This document shows positions 50,145 through 60,833 of a stretch of DNA of 64,000 nt, one piece after another. The position numbers were made by a program, and so were the translations under genes. Source of the DNA: Calditrichales bacterium (lineage in GTDB: Bacteria > Calditrichota > Calditrichia > Calditrichales > J004); the NCBI GenBank assembly GCA_965267575.1, contig OZ254086.1:2208001-2272000 (forward strand). The letters run 5' to 3'. Each line of letters begins with the position of its first letter. Position 1 is the first letter of the stretch. Below the pieces are notes generated by a model. It saw only the letters and a program-made list of their open reading frames with translations. It searched no databases and had not been told where the DNA came from.

Positions 50145-51536
50145 ATGAGTTTAAAGTTTAATGTTGATACCGACCTGCTTAAAAAATATGACAGGCCCGG
50201 GCCGCGCTATACCAGCTATCCGACGGCGCCGCAGTTTCACCAGAATTTTAGCGCTTCCACCTATGAAGAGGAGCTGAAACGTTCTAACGCGGAAAAGCCC
50301 GGCGAGCCGATTTCGCTCTATTTCCACCTGCCGTTTTGCGACACGCTGTGCTACTTTTGTGGCTGCACCATGATCATCACGCGCAGCCGCGAGCGCATCG
50401 CCCATTATGTGGAGGTGCTCAAAAAAGAGATCGAGATGGTCAGCAGCCGCATCGACTCTTCGCGCAAGGTGGTGCAGTTGCACTGGGGCGGCGGCACACC
50501 CACCTACCTCAACCCGGATGAGATTGCCGACCTCATGGGCCACATCCACAACCATTTTAGCTTTGATGAAAAAGCCGAGATCAGTGTGGAAATTGATCCG
50601 CGTGGTTTGAGCGATGAACACCTGCCGGTCATGCGGGAGGCAGGCTTCAACCGTATGAGTATGGGCGTGCAGGACTTTAATGAAAAAGTGCAGAAGACCA
50701 TCAACCGCCTGCAGCCGGAGGCACTGACGCGGCGCATTTTGGAGCAGGGCCGCAAACTGGGCTATGAATCGATCAACCTGGATTTTATTTATGGCCTGCC
50801 TTACCAGACGCCGCAGACATTTGAATCGACGCTGGATACCATCCTGGACATCAATCCCGACCGCCTGGCGATGTTTAATTACGCCCATGTGCCGTGGTTG
50901 AAAAAACACCAGAATGTGATTCCAGAAAACGAACTGCCATCGGCGGATAACAAGCTGGCCATGCTCAAGATGATCATCGAGCGGCTGACCGAGAGCGGCT
51001 ACGTTTTTATCGGCATGGATCACTTTGCCAAGCCCGATGACCTGCTGAGCGTGGCTATGAACAATCATACCCTGCACAGAAACTTCCAGGGTTACACCAC
51101 CTACGCCGGCGCCGAAGTATTTGCCATGGGCATGTCATCAATCAGCCAGTTGTATAATTCGTTTGCCCAAAACCACAAGGATATAAAAACCTACGAAAAG
51201 GACGTGCAGGAAGGGCGTCTGCCAGTGCATGCCGGTTACCAGCTGGATGACGATGATAAGCTGCGCCGTTTTGTGATTATGGACCTGATGTGCAACAACA
51301 GGCTGATAAAAGAGGATGTGAACAAACGCTTTGGAATCGATTTTGACAGCTATTTTGCCGATGCGCTGGAAAAGCTGAAACCTTTTACCGAAGACAACCT
51401 GCTTGTTCTGGAAAAAGACCGCATTATTGTGAATAAGACCGGGCGGCTGGTTATCCGTAACATGGCGATGGCCTTTGACCGCTACCTGGAAAAAGACATG
51501 CAAAAGAATAAACCGCTTTACTCACGGACGGTGTAA
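50145..51536 (+). CDS. hemN: Oxygen-independent coproporphyrinogen III dehydrogenase
   Basis: GPRYTSYPTA, HLPFCDTLCYFCGC, GGGTP, IGMDHF, RNFQGY. Confidence 0.97.
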   Translation: MSLKFNVDTDLLKKYDRPGPRYTSYPTAPQFHQNFSASTYEEELKRSNAEKPGEPISLYFHLPFCDTLCYFCGCTMIITRSRERIAHYVEVLKKEIEMVSSRIDSSRKVVQLHWGGGTPTYLNPDEIADLMGHIHNHFSFDEKAEISVEIDPRGLSDEHLPVMREAGFNRMSMGVQDFNEKVQKTINRLQPEALTRRILEQGRKLGYESINLDFIYGLPYQTPQTFESTLDTILDINPDRLAMFNYAHVPWLKKHQNVIPENELPSADNKLAMLKMIIERLTESGYVFIGMDHFAKPDDLLSVAMNNHTLHRNFQGYTTYAGAEVFAMGMSSISQLYNSFAQNHKDIKTYEKDVQEGRLPVHAGYQLDDDDKLRRFVIMDLMCNNRLIKEDVNKRFGIDFDSYFADALEKLKPFTEDNLLVLEKDRIIVNKTGRLVIRNMAMAFDRYLEKDMQKNKPLYSRTV

Positions 51537-52915
51537 TGGCCCAAAAGGAGTATGATGTCGTTATTGTCGGGGCCGGCATTTCCGGGCTGGCCGCGGCACA
51601 CTTTCTGAAAAAGGCCGGAAAAAGCGTGGCCGTTATCGAAAAAGAAGATCGTGCCGGTGGCGTGATTGAAAGTGAGCAGAGCGACGGCTTTTTGATTGAA
51701 CACGGACCTAACAGCACCATGGGTGGCAAGGAGCCGGTGCAGCGTCTGATTGAGCAGGCCGGTCTTGCTGACAAGCAGCAGTTTGCCGCCGAAGAAGCCA
51801 AGTATCGCTACATTGTAAAAAAGGGCCGCCTGGTGGCCATACCGACAAGCCCGCAATCGTTTTTAAAAACACCGCTGTTTTCACTTTCCACAAAACTGGG
51901 GCTGCTTAAAGAGCCGTTTATTAAACCCGCGGGGCCGGACAAAAAAGAGACATTGGCCGAATTCGTTGAAAGACGCCTGGGGCGTGAATTCCTCGACTAC
52001 GCCATTGACCCGTTTGTAGCCGGGGTGTATGCCGGGAAGCCGCAAACGCTGATCGTAAAGAACGCTTTTAAACGGCTGTACGATCTGGAGCAGGAGCATG
52101 GCAGCCTGATTCGCGGGGCCATCAAACTGGCCAAAAAGCGCAAAAGCCAGGTTTCCGCCGGTCCCAGCGGACGCATTTTCTCCTTTGAAGGGGGCATGCA
52201 GACGATGACCGACCGGCTGGCGCACAACCTGGGCGACGATCTTTTTACGTCCGCCGCTATCTCCACCATTGATGAGGAAAACAATACTTTTACGATTGCT
52301 TTTAAGCGTGATGGGAAAGTGACGCGGCTTTCCGCAAAGGCCGTGCTTAGCACAGTGCCTTCCTACGATTTGCCACAACTGACGCTTGAAGTAAACAGAC
52401 GCCTGCTACAGCCCGTGGAGGAAATCCCCTACGCCAAGGTGGCCATGGTTTATTTTGGCTACAACAAAAAGCCGGACAACGTGCAGGCCAACGGTTTCGG
52501 CTTTCTGGTGCCTTCACTGGAGAAGCGCGAGATTTTGGGCACGCTGTGGAACTCGACGCTGTTTGCGGGTAGGGCGCCGCAGGGTGGTTTGGCGCTGAGC
52601 ACGTTTGTGGGTGGCAGTCGTCAGCCCGGGTTGACAGAAAAGGATGATGATGCCCTGAAGGAAATCGTGCAGCGTGAACTGGCCGACCTGATGGGGATTA
52701 AGGTTACGCCGGATTTTGTGCGCATTGTGCGCTGGCAAAAAGCAATACCGCAGTACACGGAGAAACAGGATGTGGCACTGCCGGCCATGGCTGCGATTGA
52801 GGAGAATAACCCGGGGCTGTTTATCGGCGGTAATTTCCGTGATGGCATCTCGGTTTCCGATTGCATTGTAAACGCGGAGAAACACGCGGAGAGGGTGGTT
52901 GCCTGGCTGAAATAG
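51536..52915 (+). CDS. hemY: HemY-type FAD-dependent proto/coproporphyrinogen oxidase
   Basis: GAGISGL, E.GPNS, GVYAG, GFGFL, AIPQY. Confidence 0.93.
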   Translation: MAQKEYDVVIVGAGISGLAAAHFLKKAGKSVAVIEKEDRAGGVIESEQSDGFLIEHGPNSTMGGKEPVQRLIEQAGLADKQQFAAEEAKYRYIVKKGRLVAIPTSPQSFLKTPLFSLSTKLGLLKEPFIKPAGPDKKETLAEFVERRLGREFLDYAIDPFVAGVYAGKPQTLIVKNAFKRLYDLEQEHGSLIRGAIKLAKKRKSQVSAGPSGRIFSFEGGMQTMTDRLAHNLGDDLFTSAAISTIDEENNTFTIAFKRDGKVTRLSAKAVLSTVPSYDLPQLTLEVNRRLLQPVEEIPYAKVAMVYFGYNKKPDNVQANGFGFLVPSLEKREILGTLWNSTLFAGRAPQGGLALSTFVGGSRQPGLTEKDDDALKEIVQRELADLMGIKVTPDFVRIVRWQKAIPQYTEKQDVALPAMAAIEENNPGLFIGGNFRDGISVSDCIVNAEKHAERVVAWLK

Positions 52916-52934
52916 CCTTTCCTTACGAGTTGAA

Positions 52935-53030
52935 TTATTTACCATGAAGAGCATGAAGGACATGAAGTGTTTAGAGATTGAAGAGCAAAAAGTGTCAATT
53001 ATTCTTCTGCTCCTTAATCCTTCAAGGTGA
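52935..53030. repeat. Inverted pair of the 9-nt-period CATGAAG motif (upstream of GxxExxY)
   Basis: Forward TTATTTACCATGAAGAGCATGAAGGACATGAAG 52935-52967; degenerate reverse copy 53004-53030. Confidence 0.85.
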
Positions 53031-53036
53031 GTAAAT

Positions 53037-53414
53037 ATGAAAAGAGAATTTAGTGCTTTATCAAATAAGGTAATTGGCTGCGCAATTGAGGTGCATCGTA
53101 ATTTGGGGCCGGGCTTATTGGAGAGCACGTATCATCAGTGTTTGGCGCATGAGCTAAGAAATAGCAAAATAGAATATAAGTCTGAATACCAGCTGCCGGT
53201 TTTATACAAGGGACAGAAAATTGATTGCGGCTATCGCGTTGATCTGCTTATAGAAAGTGAATTGATTATTGAAATTAAGAGCGTAGAAAAGATTTTGCCC
53301 ATTCACGAGGCGCAACTTTTAACTTACATGAAGCTGGCAAAAATAAAACAGGGATTCTTAGTAAACTTCAACGTAAAACGTCTTACGAACGGCCTAAGAA
53401 GTTTCGTCCTATAA
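53037..53414 (+). CDS. GxxExxY protein (PD-(D/E)XK nuclease-like)
   Basis: LGPGLLESTY signature, YRVDLL, IEIKS, AQLLTY, G.LVNF. Confidence 0.95.
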   Translation: MKREFSALSNKVIGCAIEVHRNLGPGLLESTYHQCLAHELRNSKIEYKSEYQLPVLYKGQKIDCGYRVDLLIESELIIEIKSVEKILPIHEAQLLTYMKLAKIKQGFLVNFNVKRLTNGLRSFVL

Positions 53415-53422
53415 AAACCTTA

Positions 53423-53533
53423 AATATGAAGAGCATAAAGAACCCAAAGGTTTAACTAAGTGGAGAAGCAAGGAAGCCAAGGTGATAAAAACTTCCTATT
53501 CTTCATGCCCTTCATGTCCTTCATGGTGAATAA
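53423..53533. repeat. Inverted pair of the CATGAAG motif (downstream of GxxExxY)
   Basis: Degenerate forward copy 53423-53449; reverse CTTCATGCCCTTCATGTCCTTCATGGTGAATAA 53501-53533. Confidence 0.85.
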
Positions 53534-53550
53534 AAAGAAAGAAGACGCAA

Positions 53551-54525
53551 ATGGAATTTAAACCTTATTACAGGCCGCGGCGGCTGCGCAAAAACGCACT
53601 GATCCGTGGGATGGTGCGTGAAACCACGCTTACGATGGATGACCTTATTTTGCCGCTGTTTGTTACGGCGGGCAAGGAGTCCAAGCCTATTAGTAGCATG
53701 CCGGGGCATTCCCAGTTGACGCTGGATGATTTGAAAAAGGAAGTCAAAGAGCTGGAAAAGATGGGCGTGAAAGCGATCATCCTGTTTGGCATACCGGCGC
53801 TGAAGGATGCCGATGGCAGCGATGTGCGCAGCAGCGACGGTATCATCGCCCAGGCGTTGCGGGTGATCAAAGATATCAATCCCAACCTGTATGTGATTAC
53901 CGATGTCTGTTTTTGCGAGTACACCGACCACGGGCACTGTGGGCACCTGACCCCGGACGGCGATGTGGACAACGACGCCACGCTGGAGATGCTGCAGGAG
54001 CAGGTGATCGTGCAGGCGCAGAACGGCGTGGACATGGTGGCGCCATCGGGGATGATGGACGGTATGATTGCCGCCATCCGTGAAGGGCTGGATGAAAACG
54101 GTTTTGAAGATATCCCGATTATGAGCTATGCCGCCAAGTACGCTTCCGGTTTTTACGGTCCCTTCCGCGAAGCGGCGGAATCGACACCGGCTTTTGGCGA
54201 CCGTGCCAGCTACCAGATGGACCCGGCCAACGCCATGGAAGCGGTGCGTGAGATGGAGCTGGACGTGGAAGAGGGCGCCGATATTTTGATGGTAAAACCG
54301 GCCATGCCTTACCTGGACATCATCCGCGTGGCCCGCGAGCGTTTTGAACTGCCCGTGGCCGCTTACCAGGTTTCGGGTGAGTTTGCCATGATCAAGGCCG
54401 CCGCCGAAAAGGGTTGGCTGGACCATGACCGTGTGGCCCTGGAATCACTGATGGCCATTAAACGCGCCGGCGCTGATTTGATTTTGAGCTATTTTACAAA
54501 GGAAGCCGTGCGCTGGATTGGGTGA
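53551..54525 (+). CDS. hemB: Porphobilinogen synthase
   Basis: [39 protein letters not shown]. Confidence 0.99.
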   Translation: MEFKPYYRPRRLRKNALIRGMVRETTLTMDDLILPLFVTAGKESKPISSMPGHSQLTLDDLKKEVKELEKMGVKAIILFGIPALKDADGSDVRSSDGIIAQALRVIKDINPNLYVITDVCFCEYTDHGHCGHLTPDGDVDNDATLEMLQEQVIVQAQNGVDMVAPSGMMDGMIAAIREGLDENGFEDIPIMSYAAKYASGFYGPFREAAESTPAFGDRASYQMDPANAMEAVREMELDVEEGADILMVKPAMPYLDIIRVARERFELPVAAYQVSGEFAMIKAAAEKGWLDHDRVALESLMAIKRAGADLILSYFTKEAVRWIG

Positions 54526-54530
54526 TTCAT

Positions 54531-54940
54531 TGCACCATGAAGGACAGGAAGAGTATGGAGCCGGATGCGTTGTCATCCCGGCCTTCGCGCCGGGATCTTT
54601 GGTGGTTTGAGTCTTGATTGTCATCTCTAATCCGCGTAGCGGTGAGAGATCCAGGGTTTAGCATACTCCCGGATTTCTTAACATTTACAGAAATGACAGG
54701 GTGGGCGTGTGAACCCATCCCCCGGCCCCTTCCCTTGTTCCAAAGGAAGGGGAGAAAAACGCCTTTGGTAAATATCGGGTGTAACGGGATGTGATTCCGG
54801 TTGAGCATGATCCCGGATTTCTCACGTTCGTTCGAAATGACATAAAGATGCTGAAATGAATTCAGCATGACGTTCCTGGCGTCATCCCGAACTTGTTTCG
54901 GGATCTAATGCTTCATGACCTTCATGCTCTTCATGGTGAA
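54531..54940. repeat. Composite repeat block: CATGAAG inverted pair enclosing six GTCAT-tagged hairpins and one C/G-rich hairpin
   Basis: Forward motif 54531-54560 and reverse 54911-54940; GTCAT hairpins at 54571, 54619, 54671, 54815, 54846, 54880; CCCCTTCC/GGAAGGGG at 54726-54752. Confidence 0.9.
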
Positions 54941-54961
54941 CAAAAAATTTAAGGAGTAAAA

Positions 54962-56254
<1,293 letters not shown>

Positions 56255-56300
56255 GACTTAAGATTAAAGATGAAAGATTAAAAGCGAAGAGTTTGGAAGG

Positions 56301-56324
56301 GCCCGCCGGTTGGCGGGCTTTTTT
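56301..56324 (+). terminator. Intrinsic terminator of the hem operon
   Basis: GCCCGCC-GGTT-GGCGGGC-TTTTTT. Confidence 0.88.
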
Positions 56325-56351
56325 ATTAAGGAATTATTCTAGTTGGTTCGG

Positions 56352-57050
56352 CTAACAAATAACATCAGGCCAGCTTATTATGCCGGCAAGATATTCATTA
56401 ATTACTATTCTAATTTCAACACCAGAATTCTGTGATGCCAAATACCTATATACGCCAGGTTGAACGACAATCCATCCGTGATCATTAATATCAATTCCGG
56501 TAAATAATCGGGTCATAGCTCTGCTTCCTACTTCAGGAAACAAGCTTGATTCGGGCTGCGCTTCAAATTCAAATCTTGTTTTTTCATCTAAAGCACACAA
56601 TGGAAAAAGCGAAACGGAATCAGGTTTTATATAAACCGGTAAATGCAACTCGAACAAAGAATGGCCCTTTGCAAGTTTCGTTATGACGTTTTGTATTCGT
56701 TCCGTTTCAGGTGTGAAAATTATTTCGTTGTTTTCTTTTATTATAGAATTCTGAATCCTTGCACGAAGGGATCCTTTCTTTCTCAGAATCCTTGCTATCC
56801 TTTTTCTCATTATCAAATCTGGATCAGTGGAACCTGATAAAACGCATGCCATTAAACAAGCCATATACTCTTCATCAGCCGAAAAACTGTTATTGCATTC
56901 TACGCATGCAGGCACCACCGGCAAATTGTCCGGGTAGGGTTGGTCAAGCAAAATCTTAGACGGACAATGATCTCTTGTTCCCGTCTTTCCGCCGCAAAAA
57001 GCGCAGAAGCCGATTTCTCTTTGATCACCGTAACTTCTAATTTGCTTCAT
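56352..57050 (-). CDS. HNH endonuclease-like protein
   Basis: CAFC..TRDHCP..VPACVECNN zinc-binding HNH pattern. Confidence 0.8.
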   Translation of the reverse strand: MKQIRSYGDQREIGFCAFCGGKTGTRDHCPSKILLDQPYPDNLPVVPACVECNNSFSADEEYMACLMACVLSGSTDPDLIMRKRIARILRKKGSLRARIQNSIIKENNEIIFTPETERIQNVITKLAKGHSLFELHLPVYIKPDSVSLFPLCALDEKTRFEFEAQPESSLFPEVGSRAMTRLFTGIDINDHGWIVVQPGVYRYLASQNSGVEIRIVINEYLAGIISWPDVIC

Positions 57051-57486
57051 TTTTGTTCAGCAAAAATTTGGCTACAATAAGGCTGGATAAGGTTGACAGT
57101 GTGCGTTTTCTAATAGTCTCGTTTTTTAATTCGCATTGCCACACGGTTAATACCTTCCAACCGGCTTTTTTCAGTTCGGTTGATTTAACCTTGTCTCGCT
57201 CAACGGTTTTGGAGATTTTCTCTTTCCAGAATTTTGTGTTTGTGGCGGGCAATGAGGCCTGAGGACATCCTCTATGTCCATGCCAGAAACAACCGTGTAC
57301 AAAAATTACTGTTTTATATTTGGGCAAAACAATATCCGGTTTACCGGGTAGCTCCTTAACGTTTTTTCTAAATCTGAAGCCTTCCGCAAACAAGTAAGAA
57401 CGAACCAATATTTCAGGCGTTGTTTCCTGCCCATTAATATTTGACATAATTTTAGATCGCTTATGCTTAGAATATATATCTGTCAT
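57037..57486 (-). CDS. vsr: Very short patch repair endonuclease
   Basis: MTD..RS..MS, T.PE, LPGKPD, FVHGCFWHGH, FW..K, RD, WQC. Confidence 0.95.
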   Translation of the reverse strand: MTDIYSKHKRSKIMSNINGQETTPEILVRSYLFAEGFRFRKNVKELPGKPDIVLPKYKTVIFVHGCFWHGHRGCPQASLPATNTKFWKEKISKTVERDKVKSTELKKAGWKVLTVWQCELKNETIRKRTLSTLSSLIVAKFLLNKNEAN

Positions 57487-58742
57487 CTAATAATTGACAA
57501 TCCTAATCTAGCAGTATGAGATGCCATTTTTTGTAATACATCGGCAAAAAGCTTTTCTTTAACCCTAAATAGTAATTTATACTTGTTTTCATCATTTAGT
57601 TCTTCTTTAGAAATAAATCCCAGTATTCTAAAATCGAAAACTATTATTTGAGGTTCGTTTTTGCCCTCTAAGAAAATAGGCCACAATTCTTTATAGAAGC
57701 TATCTGGCAACTGTCTTTTTGAATTGCAAGTATGATAATACCCTGCAAGGACTCTAGGACTTTTAGATTTATTGTTCGCATAATCGCAAGGCGGTGTCAT
57801 CTCAATTATAATAGGTGAGGCGCCCTCGGGAAGCTCACCATATCTAAAAGAGTTCTCTTTTTGCATTACTTCATATACGTTTCCAGGAATAACTTTATTT
57901 TGCGATATATGCACTTGATCAACTAATAAACTTGAATTTATTTTTGCATAAATCTTATATAATTCTGCAGAAACCGTTTTTTTTGTCTCTGCTTTTATTG
58001 ATTTATTTTCGTTGTCTAAATACTCTATTTCACTCGTTTTTGTAAATAAAGTGAAATTTTCCGAGATGGAATTAATATTATATACTAACATGTCATTGAA
58101 TGCTTTTATTGCATCAATACTTAAAGGATAATCGTCAAGCTCTTGCAAACTAATTCCAGTATAATTCTGAGCCAACTTAAATAACAAAAACTCTAAATTC
58201 TTATCCTGTTTTGTGTAATCAGGAACTAGGTCAAATATCGAAGAAATAGCATTGTCACGACCTTGATTTACTAACCTACTCCAGCTAATAAAAAAATGTG
58301 CTGCGATACTCTCTCTTAATTCATTATCTAGATCATTTAACAGATTATCGTAGCCATCCCTTAAGTATTTTTGCTTATCTAAACCACAAATAAAGAGCGG
58401 TAGCGAATAGGTATCTTTATCAAGTTGAAGTTTTTCTTTAATTGTATCAATATGATGCTGGTGGTTAGTCCAAACAACAAGGCCATATGTGCCAAAGTTT
58501 TTCCCAACAATATTTTTAAAAATTTTTCTTATTTCTGCAATATGACCTTTCAATTCCGTTGCAGTATTACTCAGATATATATCCAAAAAAATAATTTTAC
58601 GATTTTTCAGCTCCTTTACGCAATCTTCAGGCAGCTTATGCTTTACCCAAATGTCATTTTCTTCAAGCAGTTCTTTTAACTTCTGAATTTCTTCAGGCTT
58701 ATCATCAATAATTAAAGCGCTATCAATAAATTCTAATACCAT
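57483..58742 (-). CDS. Receiver (REC)-domain protein with uncharacterised C-terminal domain
   Basis: LIIDD, IFLDI (phosphoacceptor Asp), VWT, DK; C-terminal PG.VY and TPPCDY motifs. Confidence 0.75.
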   Translation of the reverse strand: MVLEFIDSALIIDDKPEEIQKLKELLEENDIWVKHKLPEDCVKELKNRKIIFLDIYLSNTATELKGHIAEIRKIFKNIVGKNFGTYGLVVWTNHQHHIDTIKEKLQLDKDTYSLPLFICGLDKQKYLRDGYDNLLNDLDNELRESIAAHFFISWSRLVNQGRDNAISSIFDLVPDYTKQDKNLEFLLFKLAQNYTGISLQELDDYPLSIDAIKAFNDMLVYNINSISENFTLFTKTSEIEYLDNENKSIKAETKKTVSAELYKIYAKINSSLLVDQVHISQNKVIPGNVYEVMQKENSFRYGELPEGASPIIIEMTPPCDYANNKSKSPRVLAGYYHTCNSKRQLPDSFYKELWPIFLEGKNEPQIIVFDFRILGFISKEELNDENKYKLLFRVKEKLFADVLQKMASHTARLGLSIIR

Positions 58743-58751
58743 ATCTTTTTC

Positions 58752-60833
58752 TTATTTTGGAAAACACAAAGCAATAATTGCTTGAGTTATTTTTTTACTT
58801 TTTACGAGTTCAGAAAACTCAATATCGTATTCGTCAATAAAAAGTAGATTACCCTTCATACTTTTCATCATTTCATTGGCTATATGTAAGCCTAGACCCG
58901 AGCCTATATTGTGAGGCTTGCCCGTGATAAAGGGATTAATTGCTATCTCGATAGGAATAGTAAAGCCCGGTCCGTTGTCTGAGACGACAATAGAATTATA
59001 TCCTTTTATTTGGTCTGTAATAAATACGGAGATCCTTTTGTTCATCGTCTGTGAATAGCTTAGCCAATATATTGAATTATCTAAGAGATTTGTTAAAACT
59101 GATATTGATTCAGATTCAGCAAACATCGCAAAAAGCTTGTTTTCTTGGTAGTTGGTGACGATTTCAATTTCGTGGTCTTTGAATCGAAATTCATAATTTT
59201 CAAGCGCGATTTTGACTACCTTGGACAATTGGCCTTTTTGAATGTGAGATTTTTTTATCATTGCTGAATAACCGCGTATTATTTTTTCCAACATTAAAGA
59301 AATGCTGATAGCCTTATTTAAATCGCGGTTATTAATACTACCGGTTAATTGCGATATTAGTTTTTCTATTTCATGAATAACAACACTTAGGTTCAAACCA
59401 GCATTTGCACTTTTTATTAAAATCTCTTTTACATCTTTATATTGAGAATTGATATTTGCTAAGTATTTTAATAATTGATTTTTTATTTCTATATCTTCTA
59501 TTTTTGTTTCAACTATTTCGATAGCTTCGTTTAAGTCTGATAAGACCGGCTCCGATACCTTATGCTTTTTATAAAGAATCGTTAAGCGTTCTTTATCATA
59601 ATTTCGTTCTCTTACGAATAAGTGTAATGCGTATCTTACTGCAGTTGCAAAAGCCGTATAGGCAATATCTTCGACAAAACCTTCCCTATTAGTTTTTTCT
59701 TTGAGGTCAGTGCTTTTTTCTCGTTTTAATTTAACTGCTCCAATAATAATATTATTACTTACATTTCCACCTAGTTTTCCAACTCTTTTTATGTCAATTT
59801 CTAGCCAATCATTGTCCGGCTCACCATAGTTATAGACTCTTACTCCATCTCTATAAACCCTTATACCGCCGTTTTCTCGTAAATATGTATTTATGGTCTT
59901 TTTTTCACCAGTGACATAGTTGAAAATTTCCGGTGCTCTATCAAAAATCATAATATTAAATTCAACAGGACCAATCTTAAATTTATTAAGGTTAATGCGT
60001 TTGCCTTCTTCATCAACGATCTCTAAATCGATGTCCTTAAAATCCTCAAGATTTTTTATTCTTCCTGATTCTATTTTAGATAATGAAGTCCAGGGTCGAA
60101 ATTCATATTTGATATTAATTATTTGATTGCCGTCAAGTGTACACTTACCAAAATATAATGCTGCGCTTTTTATTTCTTCGAAAGCAGGTAATCCTTCAAA
60201 TAAATCGTCTCTATTACTATTAATAATAACCTTAAAATTATCGTTGCTTTCATCAAAAGGACTATTTAATGAAGTTAAAGCTCTATATGTATTTCTTAAT
60301 TGTCTCTTATCCCAAACAGTTTTTAAATCTTCTATTATTATTTTTGTACCTGTATTATTGGCAAATTCTACATCATCATTCTTCTCAATGTTAATTTTAA
60401 AATCGTTTATATCTTTTATATAATCGAGCATTTTCCAGTCTATGTCTAATTGAACTCCCGGTGAGTCCTGCATTTTGCTAACTAGTTTTATCTTATTTCC
60501 GAGCTTATGAACCCCTAAACGTCCAATACCCTTTTCCCCTAGCGGTATTCTCTTGCAAGTATTCGGCCTAATGTTTTTGTATTTATTATCAGTTCCAATG
60601 GTTAACCAGTGCTCTTCAATAATATTACTGTTCATTCCCAAGCCATTGTCTTTTACAATTATTTTATTAAGAATGCCATTATCACCTACTATGAAGTTAA
60701 CCTTACACTCATTAGCACAAGCATCATATGCGTTTTTAACAAGTTCCAGCAATGCGATGCTTTCACTCTTTATTAAATCTTCGCCCAAATGAGATAATAT
60801 TCTAGGAGATATGGAAAATGGTTTTTTCATCAC
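58752..60833 (-). CDS. GHKL (MORC/MutL-like) ATPase fused to a histidine kinase domain
   Basis: N-terminal ELVKNAYDA, DNGLGM, GEKGIGR; C-terminal IHE, NLLDNS, DNGPG, PFITGK, GSGLGL. Confidence 0.9.
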   Translation of the reverse strand: MMKKPFSISPRILSHLGEDLIKSESIALLELVKNAYDACANECKVNFIVGDNGILNKIIVKDNGLGMNSNIIEEHWLTIGTDNKYKNIRPNTCKRIPLGEKGIGRLGVHKLGNKIKLVSKMQDSPGVQLDIDWKMLDYIKDINDFKINIEKNDDVEFANNTGTKIIIEDLKTVWDKRQLRNTYRALTSLNSPFDESNDNFKVIINSNRDDLFEGLPAFEEIKSAALYFGKCTLDGNQIINIKYEFRPWTSLSKIESGRIKNLEDFKDIDLEIVDEEGKRINLNKFKIGPVEFNIMIFDRAPEIFNYVTGEKKTINTYLRENGGIRVYRDGVRVYNYGEPDNDWLEIDIKRVGKLGGNVSNNIIIGAVKLKREKSTDLKEKTNREGFVEDIAYTAFATAVRYALHLFVRERNYDKERLTILYKKHKVSEPVLSDLNEAIEIVETKIEDIEIKNQLLKYLANINSQYKDVKEILIKSANAGLNLSVVIHEIEKLISQLTGSINNRDLNKAISISLMLEKIIRGYSAMIKKSHIQKGQLSKVVKIALENYEFRFKDHEIEIVTNYQENKLFAMFAESESISVLTNLLDNSIYWLSYSQTMNKRISVFITDQIKGYNSIVVSDNGPGFTIPIEIAINPFITGKPHNIGSGLGLHIANEMMKSMKGNLLFIDEYDIEFSELVKSKKITQAIIALCFPK

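Noticed and set aside
54527-54868. 113-aa minus-strand ORF in the hemB-hemL spacer
   Set aside because: It is made of translated palindromic repeats and shows no protein-family features.
52935-54940. CRISPR array suggested by recurring ~30-bp repeats
   Set aside because: Copies alternate in orientation, are irregularly spaced and separated by whole genes; no cas genes are present.
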